Positions 22,661 through 33,652 of a DNA stretch of 64,000 bases are shown here, one piece after another. The stretch spans positions 1,280,001 through 1,344,000 of the forward strand of contig AP024596.1 of the NCBI GenBank assembly GCA_019704295.1, in the 5' to 3' direction. The position numbers and the translations under genes are program-made. The DNA comes from Sulfolobales archaeon HS-7. GTDB lineage: Archaea; Thermoproteota; Thermoprotei_A; Sulfolobales; Sulfolobaceae. The number at the start of each line of letters is the position of its first letter. The first letter of the stretch is position 1. Below the pieces are notes generated by a model. The model had not been told where the DNA came from. It ran no database searches and saw only the letters and a list, made by a program, of their open reading frames with translations.

Positions 22661-23788
22661 ATGATAAAATTAAAAGCTTCCCTAAGTGTTATATTTGTTT
22701 TGTTTATTGTTTTCATGCCAGTGGGTGCTTCTTTTTCTTTTGGGTTCGGAGATATTACACACACACTAATTAAAGTAAGAAACGTAGAGTTCGGAGATAA
22801 TCAGACATTATATCATCCCTTAATATCAAGAGATATATACGATACTAATCACCACCATATAAAACATCCACTTTCAATAAGTCCTTACAACTCGTACACT
22901 TCATCTCCAGCTCCAACAGGTATAGCTAATTACGGGCTCGACAACAAAACTGGATCATCGTATCTTTTATTAACTAATACAGTTATTGGTTATACGGATA
23001 TACACTCTGTTTCCGCGTACTGCCCACAAGCTACTAACAGTGGTGTAGGTACCACATATGCGACTCTACAATTAAACGTTGTTTTGATGGCAAATACCAG
23101 CTACGGAACATACGCATACTGGTTACAAGATGTGGGAAGCTTCCAGACAAATACTTCGACAATTACATTTATAGACAACGTGTGGAATCTGAGCGGTAAT
23201 CCCTCATGTTTTGCTTCGTCCTCTATTTCTGGTTCTGGACAGGTGTCTAACTCCCAGGGACAATGCTTCTATTACGACGTAGGACCAAGTTACACCTTTT
23301 CGACGCCTTTTGCCTACGAATACGTTATAAACGTCTCCTACAACAACGTCACTGGTAATATATTAGTGCAAATGGGTTATGCACTTCTTCAGAACGGAAG
23401 TTCTACGTTGAATACAGGTATAATTTACTATGACAACATCACAATAAACCAGTTTAACGCTACGGGAATAGCGATAGCCGTAGATGGGAACTCCTATACA
23501 CCAAACGCACTTTACTATGATGCTGAGCTCGTATGGGGAGGAGGAGGAAATGGTGCAACCACGAATTTCAATTCACTCAATTCAGAGCTTGGACTTTATT
23601 ATCTCTCATCCAGCGGAACCTTAACTCCGATGCAGACTTTATATACTTTTGGTTCAGACACTGGGGAGACTGCAGGCAACGTTAACGTTACAATGGTAAA
23701 CGGAATACCAACAGCTGTTAATGGTCAGGAAAGTCTAACGTTTTTAACGGATTCGTTTAATTACATCCCAGGTAACTTAATAGATTAG
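22661..23788 (+). CDS. Thermopsin (peptidase A5) precursor, secreted acid protease
   Basis: Motifs PAPTGIANYG, LQLNVVL, YWLQD, FIDNVWN, YDAELVWGGGGNG, FGSDTGET. Signal peptide. TATA spacing favours 22661 over 22646. Confidence 0.9.
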   Translation: MIKLKASLSVIFVLFIVFMPVGASFSFGFGDITHTLIKVRNVEFGDNQTLYHPLISRDIYDTNHHHIKHPLSISPYNSYTSSPAPTGIANYGLDNKTGSSYLLLTNTVIGYTDIHSVSAYCPQATNSGVGTTYATLQLNVVLMANTSYGTYAYWLQDVGSFQTNTSTITFIDNVWNLSGNPSCFASSSISGSGQVSNSQGQCFYYDVGPSYTFSTPFAYEYVINVSYNNVTGNILVQMGYALLQNGSSTLNTGIIYYDNITINQFNATGIAIAVDGNSYTPNALYYDAELVWGGGGNGATTNFNSLNSELGLYYLSSSGTLTPMQTLYTFGSDTGETAGNVNVTMVNGIPTAVNGQESLTFLTDSFNYIPGNLID

Positions 23789-24157
23789 ACCATTTTTAAT
23801 TAATATTCCTCAAATTTTTAATATACTTGTGTCTACGATTTCTTCGTAGTTGATTTAGGCTTCTTTTTTACATATGCTTCCTGGGTTTCGTGAAAGGGCT
23901 TAAGGGGTTAATATAATTTAGGATGAATAGTAGAGTTTCGTCAGTTTTGTTACGTTAATTTTTTCAAGAGCGAGACAATCAGCAAAATGTAGTATGATTT
24001 TGCTAAAAAGAGTAAAAATCAGGTAAATTTCTTTTAGAGGGTAGGGAAGAATCAATTTTTGTCTTAAGGTCAATTAGTATGGCAGATTTTGCTCTAATTG
24101 TGGTCTTGTTTATCAAGAAATCTCATATGTAAGATATTATTAATGTAATTTGTATAT

Positions 24158-24320
24158 AGACGATTCATGTTTCAATTCCGAATTGTAATTATGGCAAACG
24201 GCAATTAAATAAAGGAAATCGTTAAGTGCAAATCTTTACAGAGTCTATACGATATTGTTTAATTAAATTCATTTTAGTTTTCTAAATAAACTAAATTCGC
24301 AATGAACATGTGAGCAACCC
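24158..24320 (-). mobile_element. MITE family C (about 160 bp), abutting a 60-bp end fragment of IS family A
   Basis: Homologous to 41169-41329, 49861-50023, 54139-54301 and 56945-57102. Confidence 0.8.
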
Positions 24321-24369
24321 CTGGTTTTTCGAGCAAAAGTTTTTATATGAACATTTAGACAAAATTACT

Positions 24370-25458
24370 ATGAACAGAGTTGCTAAGGCTTTAGTGGGAT
24401 TACTTTTCCTCTTACTGATATTTTATATGTACTTGGTTTACATACCCTCAATAACAGAACATGTAAACACGAAGTTTTTCGTGAATTGGCACGAATGTTT
24501 CACATTTATTGCCTATTGTAAGAGGATGTCGTATTCGAAACAGTATTCCGTGGGTTTGTTAGTACCGCTAACTCCTCAAAACGTTAACAAATACCTTAAC
24601 CTGTCAGTAGAACCCAAGAGCGCTGTTCTCTACCCCTCTGAACCTATTGAGCTAAAATATCAGGTGTTGGCTCCAACGACAACGAACTTGAATCTGTTCG
24701 GTTTCTACATGAACCCATTAACCACGAATACGACGTGCAATATCTCTATAACTAAGTTAAACCTATCTTATGATGGAACCTGGTTTGAGAAATTGGGGGA
24801 AATAAATAAGTCCTTTATTTACCCTTGTCCACCGTTTCCGACAGGCTCCATCCCGGTAATTACCTATAATAATATCTCAATGTCTATTAACGCTTACCTA
24901 TCAAGTGACGGAGTGCCGGTAAAATCCCTTGTGTATTGCTATCAAACTAACGTTTCTACGTATCTCAACGGATTCGAGATCAGTGGAACCCTCACCAAGA
25001 TAACTTACGGACCATTTTATACCTCACCCAACCAGTACCTGATGACGGTCACAATAATAGGAGGTATTAAAGACCTCAGTAATGGCCTTGTAATAAGGGG
25101 TTCCCTAACCCTGGTAAACTACACCGGGAAGGTGTTTGTCAACGTCAGGCCTAGTTACGTGAGTAACCTCAAGCTGTTGGACGAGGTAATGGGGCCGAAC
25201 TTCGCAGTCCTAAACGTCACTGCTCTAAATTCTAACACCCCCGAATTCGTGACCCCCGTGCCTCTGAATGTGCCGGGAGAGATCCCTTACAACTCAACTT
25301 TCAATTACATTGAGCTACAATTTCTTCAAAATTCCGTGAAGAATGGAGTGGTTTTGATTCCCTCTCACTACTATAACGTCTCTGGAAGTAATGAGATATT
25401 CACCGCAATTCCAGCACAAGATGAGATCTTACCAGGGATAGTTTTTGCGTTAACCTGA
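24370..25458 (+). CDS. N-terminally anchored extracellular glycoprotein, unknown function
   Basis: MNRVAK plus hydrophobic helix, then a beta-rich, sequon-rich body. The 24310 start in the ORF track lies inside the MITE, and the TATA at about 24340 supports 24370. Confidence 0.8.
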   Translation: MNRVAKALVGLLFLLLIFYMYLVYIPSITEHVNTKFFVNWHECFTFIAYCKRMSYSKQYSVGLLVPLTPQNVNKYLNLSVEPKSAVLYPSEPIELKYQVLAPTTTNLNLFGFYMNPLTTNTTCNISITKLNLSYDGTWFEKLGEINKSFIYPCPPFPTGSIPVITYNNISMSINAYLSSDGVPVKSLVYCYQTNVSTYLNGFEISGTLTKITYGPFYTSPNQYLMTVTIIGGIKDLSNGLVIRGSLTLVNYTGKVFVNVRPSYVSNLKLLDEVMGPNFAVLNVTALNSNTPEFVTPVPLNVPGEIPYNSTFNYIELQFLQNSVKNGVVLIPSHYYNVSGSNEIFTAIPAQDEILPGIVFALT

Positions 25459-25574
25459 AGATAATAAACGACAAACCTTCCATTTACGGTAAGGTAAGGT
25501 TTTTTTAACCAGCTTAACAGCATCTTCATCATTACACTTACCTCTGGTCGACTTTTTAAGGATAAGGGGCTCGA

Positions 25575-26460
25575 ATCGGTAATTCTTTACCGATACCGGA
25601 GGGAAGTGTTTATGAAGTTAAGTTTAAGAACAAAAGAATAAACATCGTAAGACTTCTATCTAACGGACACCAACGTGGAAAACTGTTGAAATCGGCCGAC
25701 ATATAATCAAAACTAATTAGTGAGTTAAATCACTAAAGAATACAGTAGTTCTTTTACGAAGGTAAAGTAGATCCGAAAGTTACGCGGGATAAGTACTATG
25801 AGAAGTACAAAGGAATTCTGAGTGTTAACGCTTAAGCAGTAATGCGGGGTATGAATGAAGCCTAGTTATCATTCTTTACTTAGTTGAGGCTGAAGAAATA
25901 GGGAAAAACTAACACAACATATCACTCGCGTCCTACCACCAAGATGTCGGAAAGACAAGGAGAACAAGAGAGGAAGGAAAATCCTTGTACTCAGATAAGG
26001 TAGATATGAGGTTGATGAGGAAAGGAAGAAACTTATCCTTAAGGACTTTTATATGGAGATCAACTTCGTAGGTAGATTAGGGGGTATAATAAGCAAAGTA
26101 GATTAGAAGTCGCATACGACGAGGATGTAAATAGAAGGTATGCAGATATACCTCTCGGAGTAGAATCTACTAATAGCGGAAAGAAGAGTGAGTATATCAT
26201 AAGTGGTGAATGAAAGTCGACTTATATTACCTTATTACTAGGGGAGGGGTAAGCTTCTATCGACCTGAGCTTCAATATTTTAGTAGTAGACGACAACACC
26301 CGGTTGCTATATAAGGACGTTAGGCTTAGGAGGACTACCTCTATTTTGAAAAGAGGATAGCGAAAGTCAAATAATACGCCTATAGGACAATGAACATCTA
26401 CGAGTTTGAGGCTTATGAAGAGTTGGAAAAGGAGAAAAGAAGACTATTTAAGAAGTTATA
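25575..26460 (+). pseudogene. tnpB: IS605-family TnpB pseudogene (Sulfolobus ISC1316-like), truncated after RuvC-I
   Basis: Broken frames read KRINIVRLL, DKYYEKYKGILSVNA, YEVDEERKKLILKDF, ASIDL and EAYEELEKEKRRLFKKL, typical of Sulfolobales TnpB. Many stops and frameshifts. Confidence 0.8.
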
Positions 26461-26464
26461 CTTT

Positions 26465-27430
26465 GTCAGACTTTAAAGGACAAGAAGACTTCACTTAGTA
26501 TTGACGTTCATGGTTCATTACATTCACACTGTACACAAGGTCACCTGTTCTCTTGGATATTGAGCATGGGAACCCAGTTGTGTCTTACGTTAAGGCCTCG
26601 AAATCCGTGTAGATCTCGGAGTAGTGCCTCCTCTAAGGATCACCTAAGGACCCTTAACTAGGCTCTTGTTCAGGAGCTAAGGCAATAAGTAAATGAGCTC
26701 CACGCGTTTTCTACAAGGAATTCCTTTACTCAATTACTGTGAATTCTAGCGTTGTCCATTATCACTAGGACCTTCTCTCCCTTTGTCACCTTTCTAAAAT
26801 ATAATATTCTAGGAGTTTAACGAGGGTTTCTTGTAGCTCGAGTAGGTAAAGACTATTTCTGCTTTGATCATCGTTATTCCTTCTATTATTGCAAGACTTC
26901 CGGGTTAACTTTTACCCCTCCTTCCGCCTTCATCTAACCCTTGTTTACGGGCAACACTACTCGTTAAAGACGTGTAACTTGTATACCTCGCCTATTTTTA
27001 AAGGTCTCTTCCACTGTTCCTTAATTCATCCGCGGCCTTCTTGTCCCTCACCTAGGTTTTTCCCCTTCTTATACTTGAAGCCCAACATGGCGAGGATCGG
27101 GATAAAGCTCCTTAGATTGCACTTTATCCCGAACTCCCTCTTATGCACGTAGGCTATGCGCTTTAAGGTCCGAAAATCGTAGTTTAACCCCTAATTCCTG
27201 GGGCTCTTTTCCAAGATCTGGACGAGTTTTTCCTCGTCCTCTATTTTCACTCTTCTTAATTTCTCGCCTAAATCTAAACTCCTTAACTACTTGTATATTG
27301 TGAAGATGGACACGTCGTACTTCTTTATCCTGTCCTCCACCAGTCCGACACGTCTTTCACCGCGTTAATCCTCCTCTTCTCCTCTTGCTTCTTGTCAAGG
27401 CTTATTCCGTACATGGCAGACTTCAATAGA
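26465..27430 (-). pseudogene. IS630-family transposase remnant
   Basis: Minus strand encodes LVIMDNARIH at about 26740-26770, followed by a degenerate LPxxSPE motif. Confidence 0.7.
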
Positions 27431-27489
27431 ACAATTTGGTATTACTCACGAAATATTAATCTTGCTACTTAAGGTCTGACAAAGTATAA

Positions 27490-27604
27490 TCTGTTATAGC
27501 TCTACTATACTATGATCCTAATTATGGGGGGTAAGGTGGATTATTCCTATATATTAAAATTTAGTGAATAAAGTAAATAACATTTATTTCACATTGGACA
27601 TCAT
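27490..27604 (-). mobile_element. Family B MITE end fragment
   Basis: Matches the first 70-80 bp of the MITE at 41492-41860 in reverse. Degenerate TIR cattggacatcat. Confidence 0.7.
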
Positions 27605-27688
27605 CATGTAAAGCTCAATACGGTACGTCCGATTTGTAACGTTATAATAAAGATAAGCTTTATTAGGTTCTAATAAAAAATATTAATC

Positions 27689-28756
27689 ATGTGGAATTCA
27701 AATAATGAGTATAACGGCATTTCAAAATTAAGGTTTGCAGTTATATTAGCACTAGTTTCTTTTATATTGATTGTAGCTGCTTTATCAGCTGGATATTCAA
27801 TTTTAATAGCTTTAGCTGCTTCAGGAGGAGCCCCTGGGGCGTTAGCCGGTATAGGATTAGGAACTTTAATAGCTGTGGGGGTAGTAAGTTTAGCCTCATT
27901 TATCATATATATTATCGGTATATTTAACCTCAGGGGAGGATTTAATGATTTAGTTAGTGCGGGAGTTTCCGAAATGGGAATAGGTTCTAAGGGTGCCTTG
28001 CTTCAGATTATAACAATTATTATAGCAATAATTTTAGCAATTTTAGTACCCGTAATCGGATTTTTTTTACTTGGCTCATATTCACATGGACCCGTAACGC
28101 CGGGCTACGCTCCTGGAGTAATGCAACCGACAGGTATTCTACCAGCCATTAGCATTATATTGACGATAGTAGAAATCATTCTGGGAATAGTCTCTTTTGT
28201 AGGAGGGATTTTAATAGGAATCGGATTCTATAGAGTTGGTAGTAGATACGATGACGGCCTAACTAAAGTTGGTGGAATTCTATATATAATTCCTTTCCTC
28301 AACATAATAGGGGTAATACTGCTAATTCTAGGGCTTGGAACAATAAGGAATAAGCTCCAGGGAGGTTTTAGGCCTAGTAGCGGGCAATATATCCCGCCAG
28401 GACAACCCTATGGTCAACAGTATCCTAATTACGGGAGCAATACTTATCCAAGTTACGGTCAACCGCAGTATGGGGGACAGTCGCAGTATAGCCAATCTCC
28501 GTATAGCCAACCCCCTCAGCAATTTCCCCCTTCACAACCTTCAAGCAACCCGCAATACGGACAGGGAGGTTATGTCCAACCTACATACACACCTCAGAAT
28601 CAACCTTACTCCCCACAACCTCAATACAATCCTCAACCGCCTCAGACGCCGCCAACCACTCAACTGCCTAGTGAAAACAAGAAGATTTGCCCTGTTTGCG
28701 GGTATCAAAACGAACCAATCGCAAACTTCTGTACTAGATGTGGTCAGAAGCTTTAA
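27689..28756 (+). CDS. DUF973/DUF996-like multi-pass membrane protein with P/Q/Y/G-rich linker and C-terminal zinc ribbon
   Basis: About 5-6 TM helices, the motif IGFYRVGSRYDDGLTKVGGILYIIPFL, a low-complexity tail, and CPVCG...FCTRCG. Confidence 0.85.
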   Translation: MWNSNNEYNGISKLRFAVILALVSFILIVAALSAGYSILIALAASGGAPGALAGIGLGTLIAVGVVSLASFIIYIIGIFNLRGGFNDLVSAGVSEMGIGSKGALLQIITIIIAIILAILVPVIGFFLLGSYSHGPVTPGYAPGVMQPTGILPAISIILTIVEIILGIVSFVGGILIGIGFYRVGSRYDDGLTKVGGILYIIPFLNIIGVILLILGLGTIRNKLQGGFRPSSGQYIPPGQPYGQQYPNYGSNTYPSYGQPQYGGQSQYSQSPYSQPPQQFPPSQPSSNPQYGQGGYVQPTYTPQNQPYSPQPQYNPQPPQTPPTTQLPSENKKICPVCGYQNEPIANFCTRCGQKL

Positions 28757-28777
28757 TGTAAATTTATTTTGATACTT

Positions 28778-28924
28778 TGGGAGATTTAGATTTTCATTAC
28801 TAGTTGTGATCAAATAAAGGAAATTATTAAGTGACAATCCTTAGCTATTTCGCAGGGTTAAATTTAGTTGAATTAATCTAATATTCTAAATGAGCTAAAT
28901 TCGCAATAGACGGGTAGATATCCC
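28778..28924 (-). mobile_element. MITE family C, degenerate
   Basis: Contains the aaataaaggaaattattaagtg and ctaaattcgcaat blocks shared with the other copies. Confidence 0.6.
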
Positions 28925-29259
28925 ATTCTAATATCATACATTCTTTAAATTGAAAAGTAGAACAAGTATTATTTAAAATATTATATATTAATAATTAAAT
29001 TAAAGCTAATTAAATAAGATGACAGTATGAAAATACCCATTCATTTAGATATTAAGGAGTTGATCTCCCTCAGTACCCCTTAATTCCAATAAGAATTACC
29101 CTTATCAGAAACTTTTCTATACATTGATCTTTTGATTAATTTATTATTTAATTGCTTTTTTTAAAATATTTTGAACTTTACAGTTAAAATGTTACCTACT
29201 ACGAGAAGTCCTGATAAAAGATTTAAAGACTTTATATTTAAATAATTCATGTTTTACTT

Positions 29260-29730
29260 ACGAAAATGGAGAAAATAGAGTGTAACAATTTGGTTAAACC
29301 ACTTTCGTTGTTGCATTCATAGCAGTTTCTATTGCACGATCTACGGTATTGCCAAAACATTACGAATTCGAGCTACACCAGTTGTTCGCCCTCCTACAAG
29401 TTAGCGGAGTTCCGCTGGCACAGTTTCAATTTCTAGTACTCAAGGATGATTTACGATTTCATTCTTAACGCGACTGTAACTATTAACTAAGTTCACAAGG
29501 GTTTAACATAACTTACCTCAATAACATTGGAACACTTTTATTGGTACGAACGGTTGAAAATGTTACGCATTCTTTGATAATCAGAATTAATTACTTTACG
29601 TCCAAACTAACCCTACGTTTTGCATATTCAACGTGACTAAGGTAATTAAAGGGGCAAATTCCTGAGCCAACTCAACACAGGTTATAAATTTAGTCATGGG
29701 ATTGTAAATACCTCAAACAGTAAAATTTAC
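29260..29730 (+). pseudogene. 5' remnant of a third copy of the 51660/7601 beta-propeller gene
   Basis: Nucleotide-collinear with 51660-52140, including the promoter. Start codon is ACG. Stops and indels throughout. Not in the ORF track. Confidence 0.85.
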
Positions 29731-29872
29731 CTTCTTTCGGTTACATCCATCTTTTCCGTAAAAAATATTTTTTTCCTATGAATCAGAGATTAACGACTCA
29801 ATAGCAAGTATCGTAAATCGTCTTAGATTTATTATGATAACATTTTTAAACTAGTTTATAAACTATTACTAT

Positions 29873-30454
29873 ATGAGAGACTATTTGAGAGTAAAAGATA
29901 TTACAATACTTACCTCTTGTCGTTATAATAAGAAGACAAATCAGATAGAATTCCCCCCGGGGGTCCCGAATAACGTCGTATATGCAGCAGGAAGGAAAGG
30001 TATCTATACGTTAGATATCGTGGGACTTTTTCAAAGGGCAACCAAAAATACTAATAGAGCTAAGGGTGCGCTCGTAGCACGTTCGTTATTCGCTCTTCTC
30101 ATAGGTATAGCCGTATTTTTTTCTGATTACCATTATTTCTCTCTAAATATTCTAACTCTCCTAGGGGGTATTCTATTGGGAATTTATATAATTGCAGTTA
30201 TAGTATATACGATACGTATTTTATCTCGTAAAGTAATAGTTTCCAGTCGATGGCCTGCTGACTTAGTAATAGCTTGGCCGCAGATCACGAATATTAGCGT
30301 AACCGAGTCACAATCTTTAAACAGTAGCGCTACCATCGGTAGTTGGTACATAACTACGGCCGATGGGAGAAGTATAATTATACCTAACGTGGATAATCCT
30401 TACCAAAAACTTGACCTAATCAAAAAGAAATATGGATATAATATTAAATTTTAG
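29873..30454 (+). CDS. Two-TM membrane protein with possible PH-like C-terminal domain
   Basis: Central helical hairpin. IAWPQITNISV...GSWYITTADG...IPNVDNP resembles bacterial PH-like domains. Confidence 0.75.
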   Translation: MRDYLRVKDITILTSCRYNKKTNQIEFPPGVPNNVVYAAGRKGIYTLDIVGLFQRATKNTNRAKGALVARSLFALLIGIAVFFSDYHYFSLNILTLLGGILLGIYIIAVIVYTIRILSRKVIVSSRWPADLVIAWPQITNISVTESQSLNSSATIGSWYITTADGRSIIIPNVDNPYQKLDLIKKKYGYNIKF

Positions 30455-30830
30455 AGTGTAATGCCTTTGATTCTTTTCCGCAAGCACGCATCAATGGATT
30501 TTTGAAGCTCAATGATTGTCGTTTATACTAATTTTATCCAGACCATACCGGGATATCGTAAATGATAGTAATCTCTAAAGGTGCAGAATTAAGCAATGAA
30601 TGATATTCGGTTTTATTTAGTATTAATTTAATGTATCTTTAAGTAAATACTTAATTAATGGAAAAGAATATGAATCACAGATAAGGGGTTTAGTTCCTTC
30701 AACTAAGGTAAGGGAAATACGGGAGATCAATTTACTTATTTTGCCTAAAAGTTATGTAATTTCCTTAAATCTAAGAGTTAACGAATGCGATAACTTGGGA
30801 TTAACGGTTTACATGGGGTTCTCGATTTCC

Positions 30831-30930
30831 CAGTTATGTATCACCAATTTTGCTAAATATGAGAAGATTTCGAAAATATGGAAAATCATGTTAGCAAGAG
30901 TAAAAATTAGTCAAACTTTAGTTAAATTTT
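30831..30930 (+). mobile_element. Eroded left-end fragment of IS family A
   Basis: cagttatgtatcaccaattttgctaaa... resembles caatcttgtttcgacaattttactaaa... Confidence 0.45.
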
Positions 30931-31168
30931 CCTCCGCAAATCTGATTAGTTTCTACGTTATGTATTACCACTTTTACCAAATGAGAGAATATTCCGATAT
31001 CATAAGTCAAGGGCTTATTGTATCGTAATAACTTAACACTATCCCCTCGTATAATTGATTATTATAATTTAAGACGTTGACATAACTCACCTTAAAAAAG
31101 GATGAAAATAAATATACTTACCGTACACGTCGAGATTTACGTGAAAAATTCGTAGTGCTCTATGAGTT

Positions 31169-32035
31169 TTATCTGGCCTCCTTTCCGCCAGTTATCAGCC
31201 TTCCACCGTGCTCAGTTAGGTATGAGACAACCGTGGATTTCTTCTGCCTTAACGCGTAATAAAGTACGCTATTTCCCATCATATCAATGAAATTAACGTC
31301 AGCTCCTGCTTCCACTAGAAACTTTATCACATCTAAATTCTCTAAATTACTAAGTGCTGCAGAAAATAATGGAGTCGTCTTGTAACAACCTACGATATTA
31401 GGAGCGGGATAAATGTTAAATAGGAACTTTAGGATGTCGAGGTAACCTTTATAAGCGGATAAATGATAGGGAGTACTTAAATTATCATTGCTCTCCTCTA
31501 CTTTAGCCCCGTATTGAATTAGTAATTCAACAATTTTTACATCTCCTACATATGCCGCCTGACCAATGGGTTTCACCTGGCACCCGTCTTTACCTATAAT
31601 ATACGCATTTACATCTGCGCCGTTATCTAAGAGTAACTTAACCATTGTATAATCTTTTTTTGCAATAGCCATTATTACGGGTGGCCCCATACCAATATCC
31701 GAATTGCTTTTGAATAAATTTACATTCGCTCCATACCTTATGAGCGTTCTGGTGATATCGTATTTTTCAGGAGCTCTGCTAATTATTGCAGTTTGCAAAG
31801 GAGTTAAAAGTTCAGGTAGTTCACGTGATGACTTCGAGAGCACATTAGGATCCCCGCCGTGTTGTAAAAGGATTTCGACCATCTCTAGGCGCCCCGATAT
31901 GACAGCTAGATGAATTGGAGTAAACCCTTTGAGCGTGGTGTGCTCGTTGGGATTCAATCCCTTCGTTAAGAGCTTGTTTAATTTAGACACATCGTTATTC
32001 TCTATAGTCTTTATGAGTTCTTTTTCATTAACCAT
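31169..32035 (-). CDS. Ankyrin-repeat protein (about 7-8 repeats)
   Basis: Repeated G-x-TPxHxA...ExVxxLLxxGADVN motifs. Confidence 0.95.
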   Translation of the reverse strand: MVNEKELIKTIENNDVSKLNKLLTKGLNPNEHTTLKGFTPIHLAVISGRLEMVEILLQHGGDPNVLSKSSRELPELLTPLQTAIISRAPEKYDITRTLIRYGANVNLFKSNSDIGMGPPVIMAIAKKDYTMVKLLLDNGADVNAYIIGKDGCQVKPIGQAAYVGDVKIVELLIQYGAKVEESNDNLSTPYHLSAYKGYLDILKFLFNIYPAPNIVGCYKTTPLFSAALSNLENLDVIKFLVEAGADVNFIDMMGNSVLYYALRQKKSTVVSYLTEHGGRLITGGKEAR

Positions 32036-32959
32036 ATTCTTACTTTCTAAAAAGGATTTAAAAATATTGTGGTTTGTATATTTTACGAGTCGCTAAAATT
32101 TATATAGAATTTTTTGAATAATCTCATCAAGCGTTACTCATTAAACTGTTCACATCTCTTTATAGATAAAGTTTATTTTATTAGCCCTACAAGTTCTATT
32201 CAATACCGTCGCTATAACCGAAGGGGGATTTACGCTTAACAATTTACTTTATCTTATTTATCTTTCTCATAAATTATAACTTGCCAAGGGGCCCCGGATT
32301 ACCCTAAATTTTTAATAAACTCACCTCACATTTCTTCTCTCTAACTTCTTACGTGAGGTTTAAATCCCTCTTATTCCTTCTAGAAGCGTCTAGCTAGCTT
32401 TCCTAGGTGGAGATGTACTCCTGTTACCTTATTTTACCCTCGTAGTACCCGGTTGTATCCCTTTTCTCACTTTACGAGAATTAATGTAAGAGGTATGGAA
32501 CTTGGAAAATGAGTTAATAATGTTGTTTCAATTATACTCGGTCAATTAATTAAGGGCAAGACTACTATTGGTGTAAAACGAGCACATTTTCTAGATGGGA
32601 GGATGAGCGCTTGCCCTATAATGTCTGACTAAGTATAACATCGGCATTACGATTTACCTAAGCATAAGACGTCGTAAAAACAGGCTTATTTAAGAGAAGT
32701 ATGGTATATTGTATTTCTAATATAACTATAAGTCAGGATGATTTAGGTCTACATTGCAAATTATAATTATTACGACTAAGGATTAAATTAAGAAAATATC
32801 ACGTGTAAATCCCTTCCCGTTCCGTAAGGTAACATTCGATTAAATTCATTCTGTGATCCTAAATAAACCGAATTCACAAAAGAGGTGAATTGCTCCTTGT
32901 CCAGATGGTACCTGACAAGTAATGCACACTCTTATTTTTGACTTATTCCAATTTTATAT

Positions 32960-33652
32960 ATGGATAAGGTTAAGGCACTCCTTGATGCTTATTTGAGCAG
33001 GAAATCTATACCTCCCTTCGAAGTAACTAAACAAGAGGCAGAGCAAATCTTCAACGATTTTTCTAATGAGTTAGTTAAAAGGGAAGGGTTTGGAGGGTAT
33101 AAAATATCGCTTGTCACAAGGGATAGCTTGCAGAGATTTCATGGTGAGGAGCCAATGTATGGAGTTCTGACTAAACCGATGATAACTGAGGAAAAGAGAG
33201 TTGAGCTCTGGTTTGAGAAACACTTCATTGAAGTGGAAGTTGTGTTCTTATGTAATGAATGTAGGGAAGATAACGTACCCTCCTGTATAGAGGACGTTAG
33301 GTTAGGCCTGGAAATACCCGGAACGAGGTTTAACACTTGGGAGGTAAGTGCCCTTCAGTTAAAGGCTGATGATTCAGCTGCGGGGAGACTCTTTCTAGGG
33401 GGACAGGTAGAGCTACCAGTTAAGTTAACCTCACTCTTTATAAATGGCAAGTTGATGGGAAGGGGGAAACCGGATTTCATATATGGAGGACCCTTGGATA
33501 TGCTGAGGTGGTTAACGAAAAGAGTTCGAGTTGTTAACGGCTTCGTCTCATCAGGCGTATTCGTTGGGCCTTTTGACGTTAAACCTGGAGATAAAATTAG
33601 TGTAGACGGAGATGAGTTCATTGAGGTTCAGCTTGTGTCGTCGAGTAAATGA
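32960..33652 (+). CDS. 2-keto-4-pentenoate hydratase-like protein (FAA hydrolase superfamily)
   Basis: GYKISL, EPMYGVL, IEVEVVF, GLEIPGTRF and ADDSAAG motifs. Confidence 0.85.
   Translation: MDKVKALLDAYLSRKSIPPFEVTKQEAEQIFNDFSNELVKREGFGGYKISLVTRDSLQRFHGEEPMYGVLTKPMITEEKRVELWFEKHFIEVEVVFLCNECREDNVPSCIEDVRLGLEIPGTRFNTWEVSALQLKADDSAAGRLFLGGQVELPVKLTSLFINGKLMGRGKPDFIYGGPLDMLRWLTKRVRVVNGFVSSGVFVGPFDVKPGDKISVDGDEFIEVQLVSSSK

Noticed and set aside
28328-28837. Alternative-frame and antisense ORFs over the P/Q-rich tail
   Set aside because: By-products of low-complexity codon usage within a well-supported gene.
30741-31028. 95-aa ORF
   Set aside because: TTG start, overlaps an eroded IS end, and has no protein-like features.
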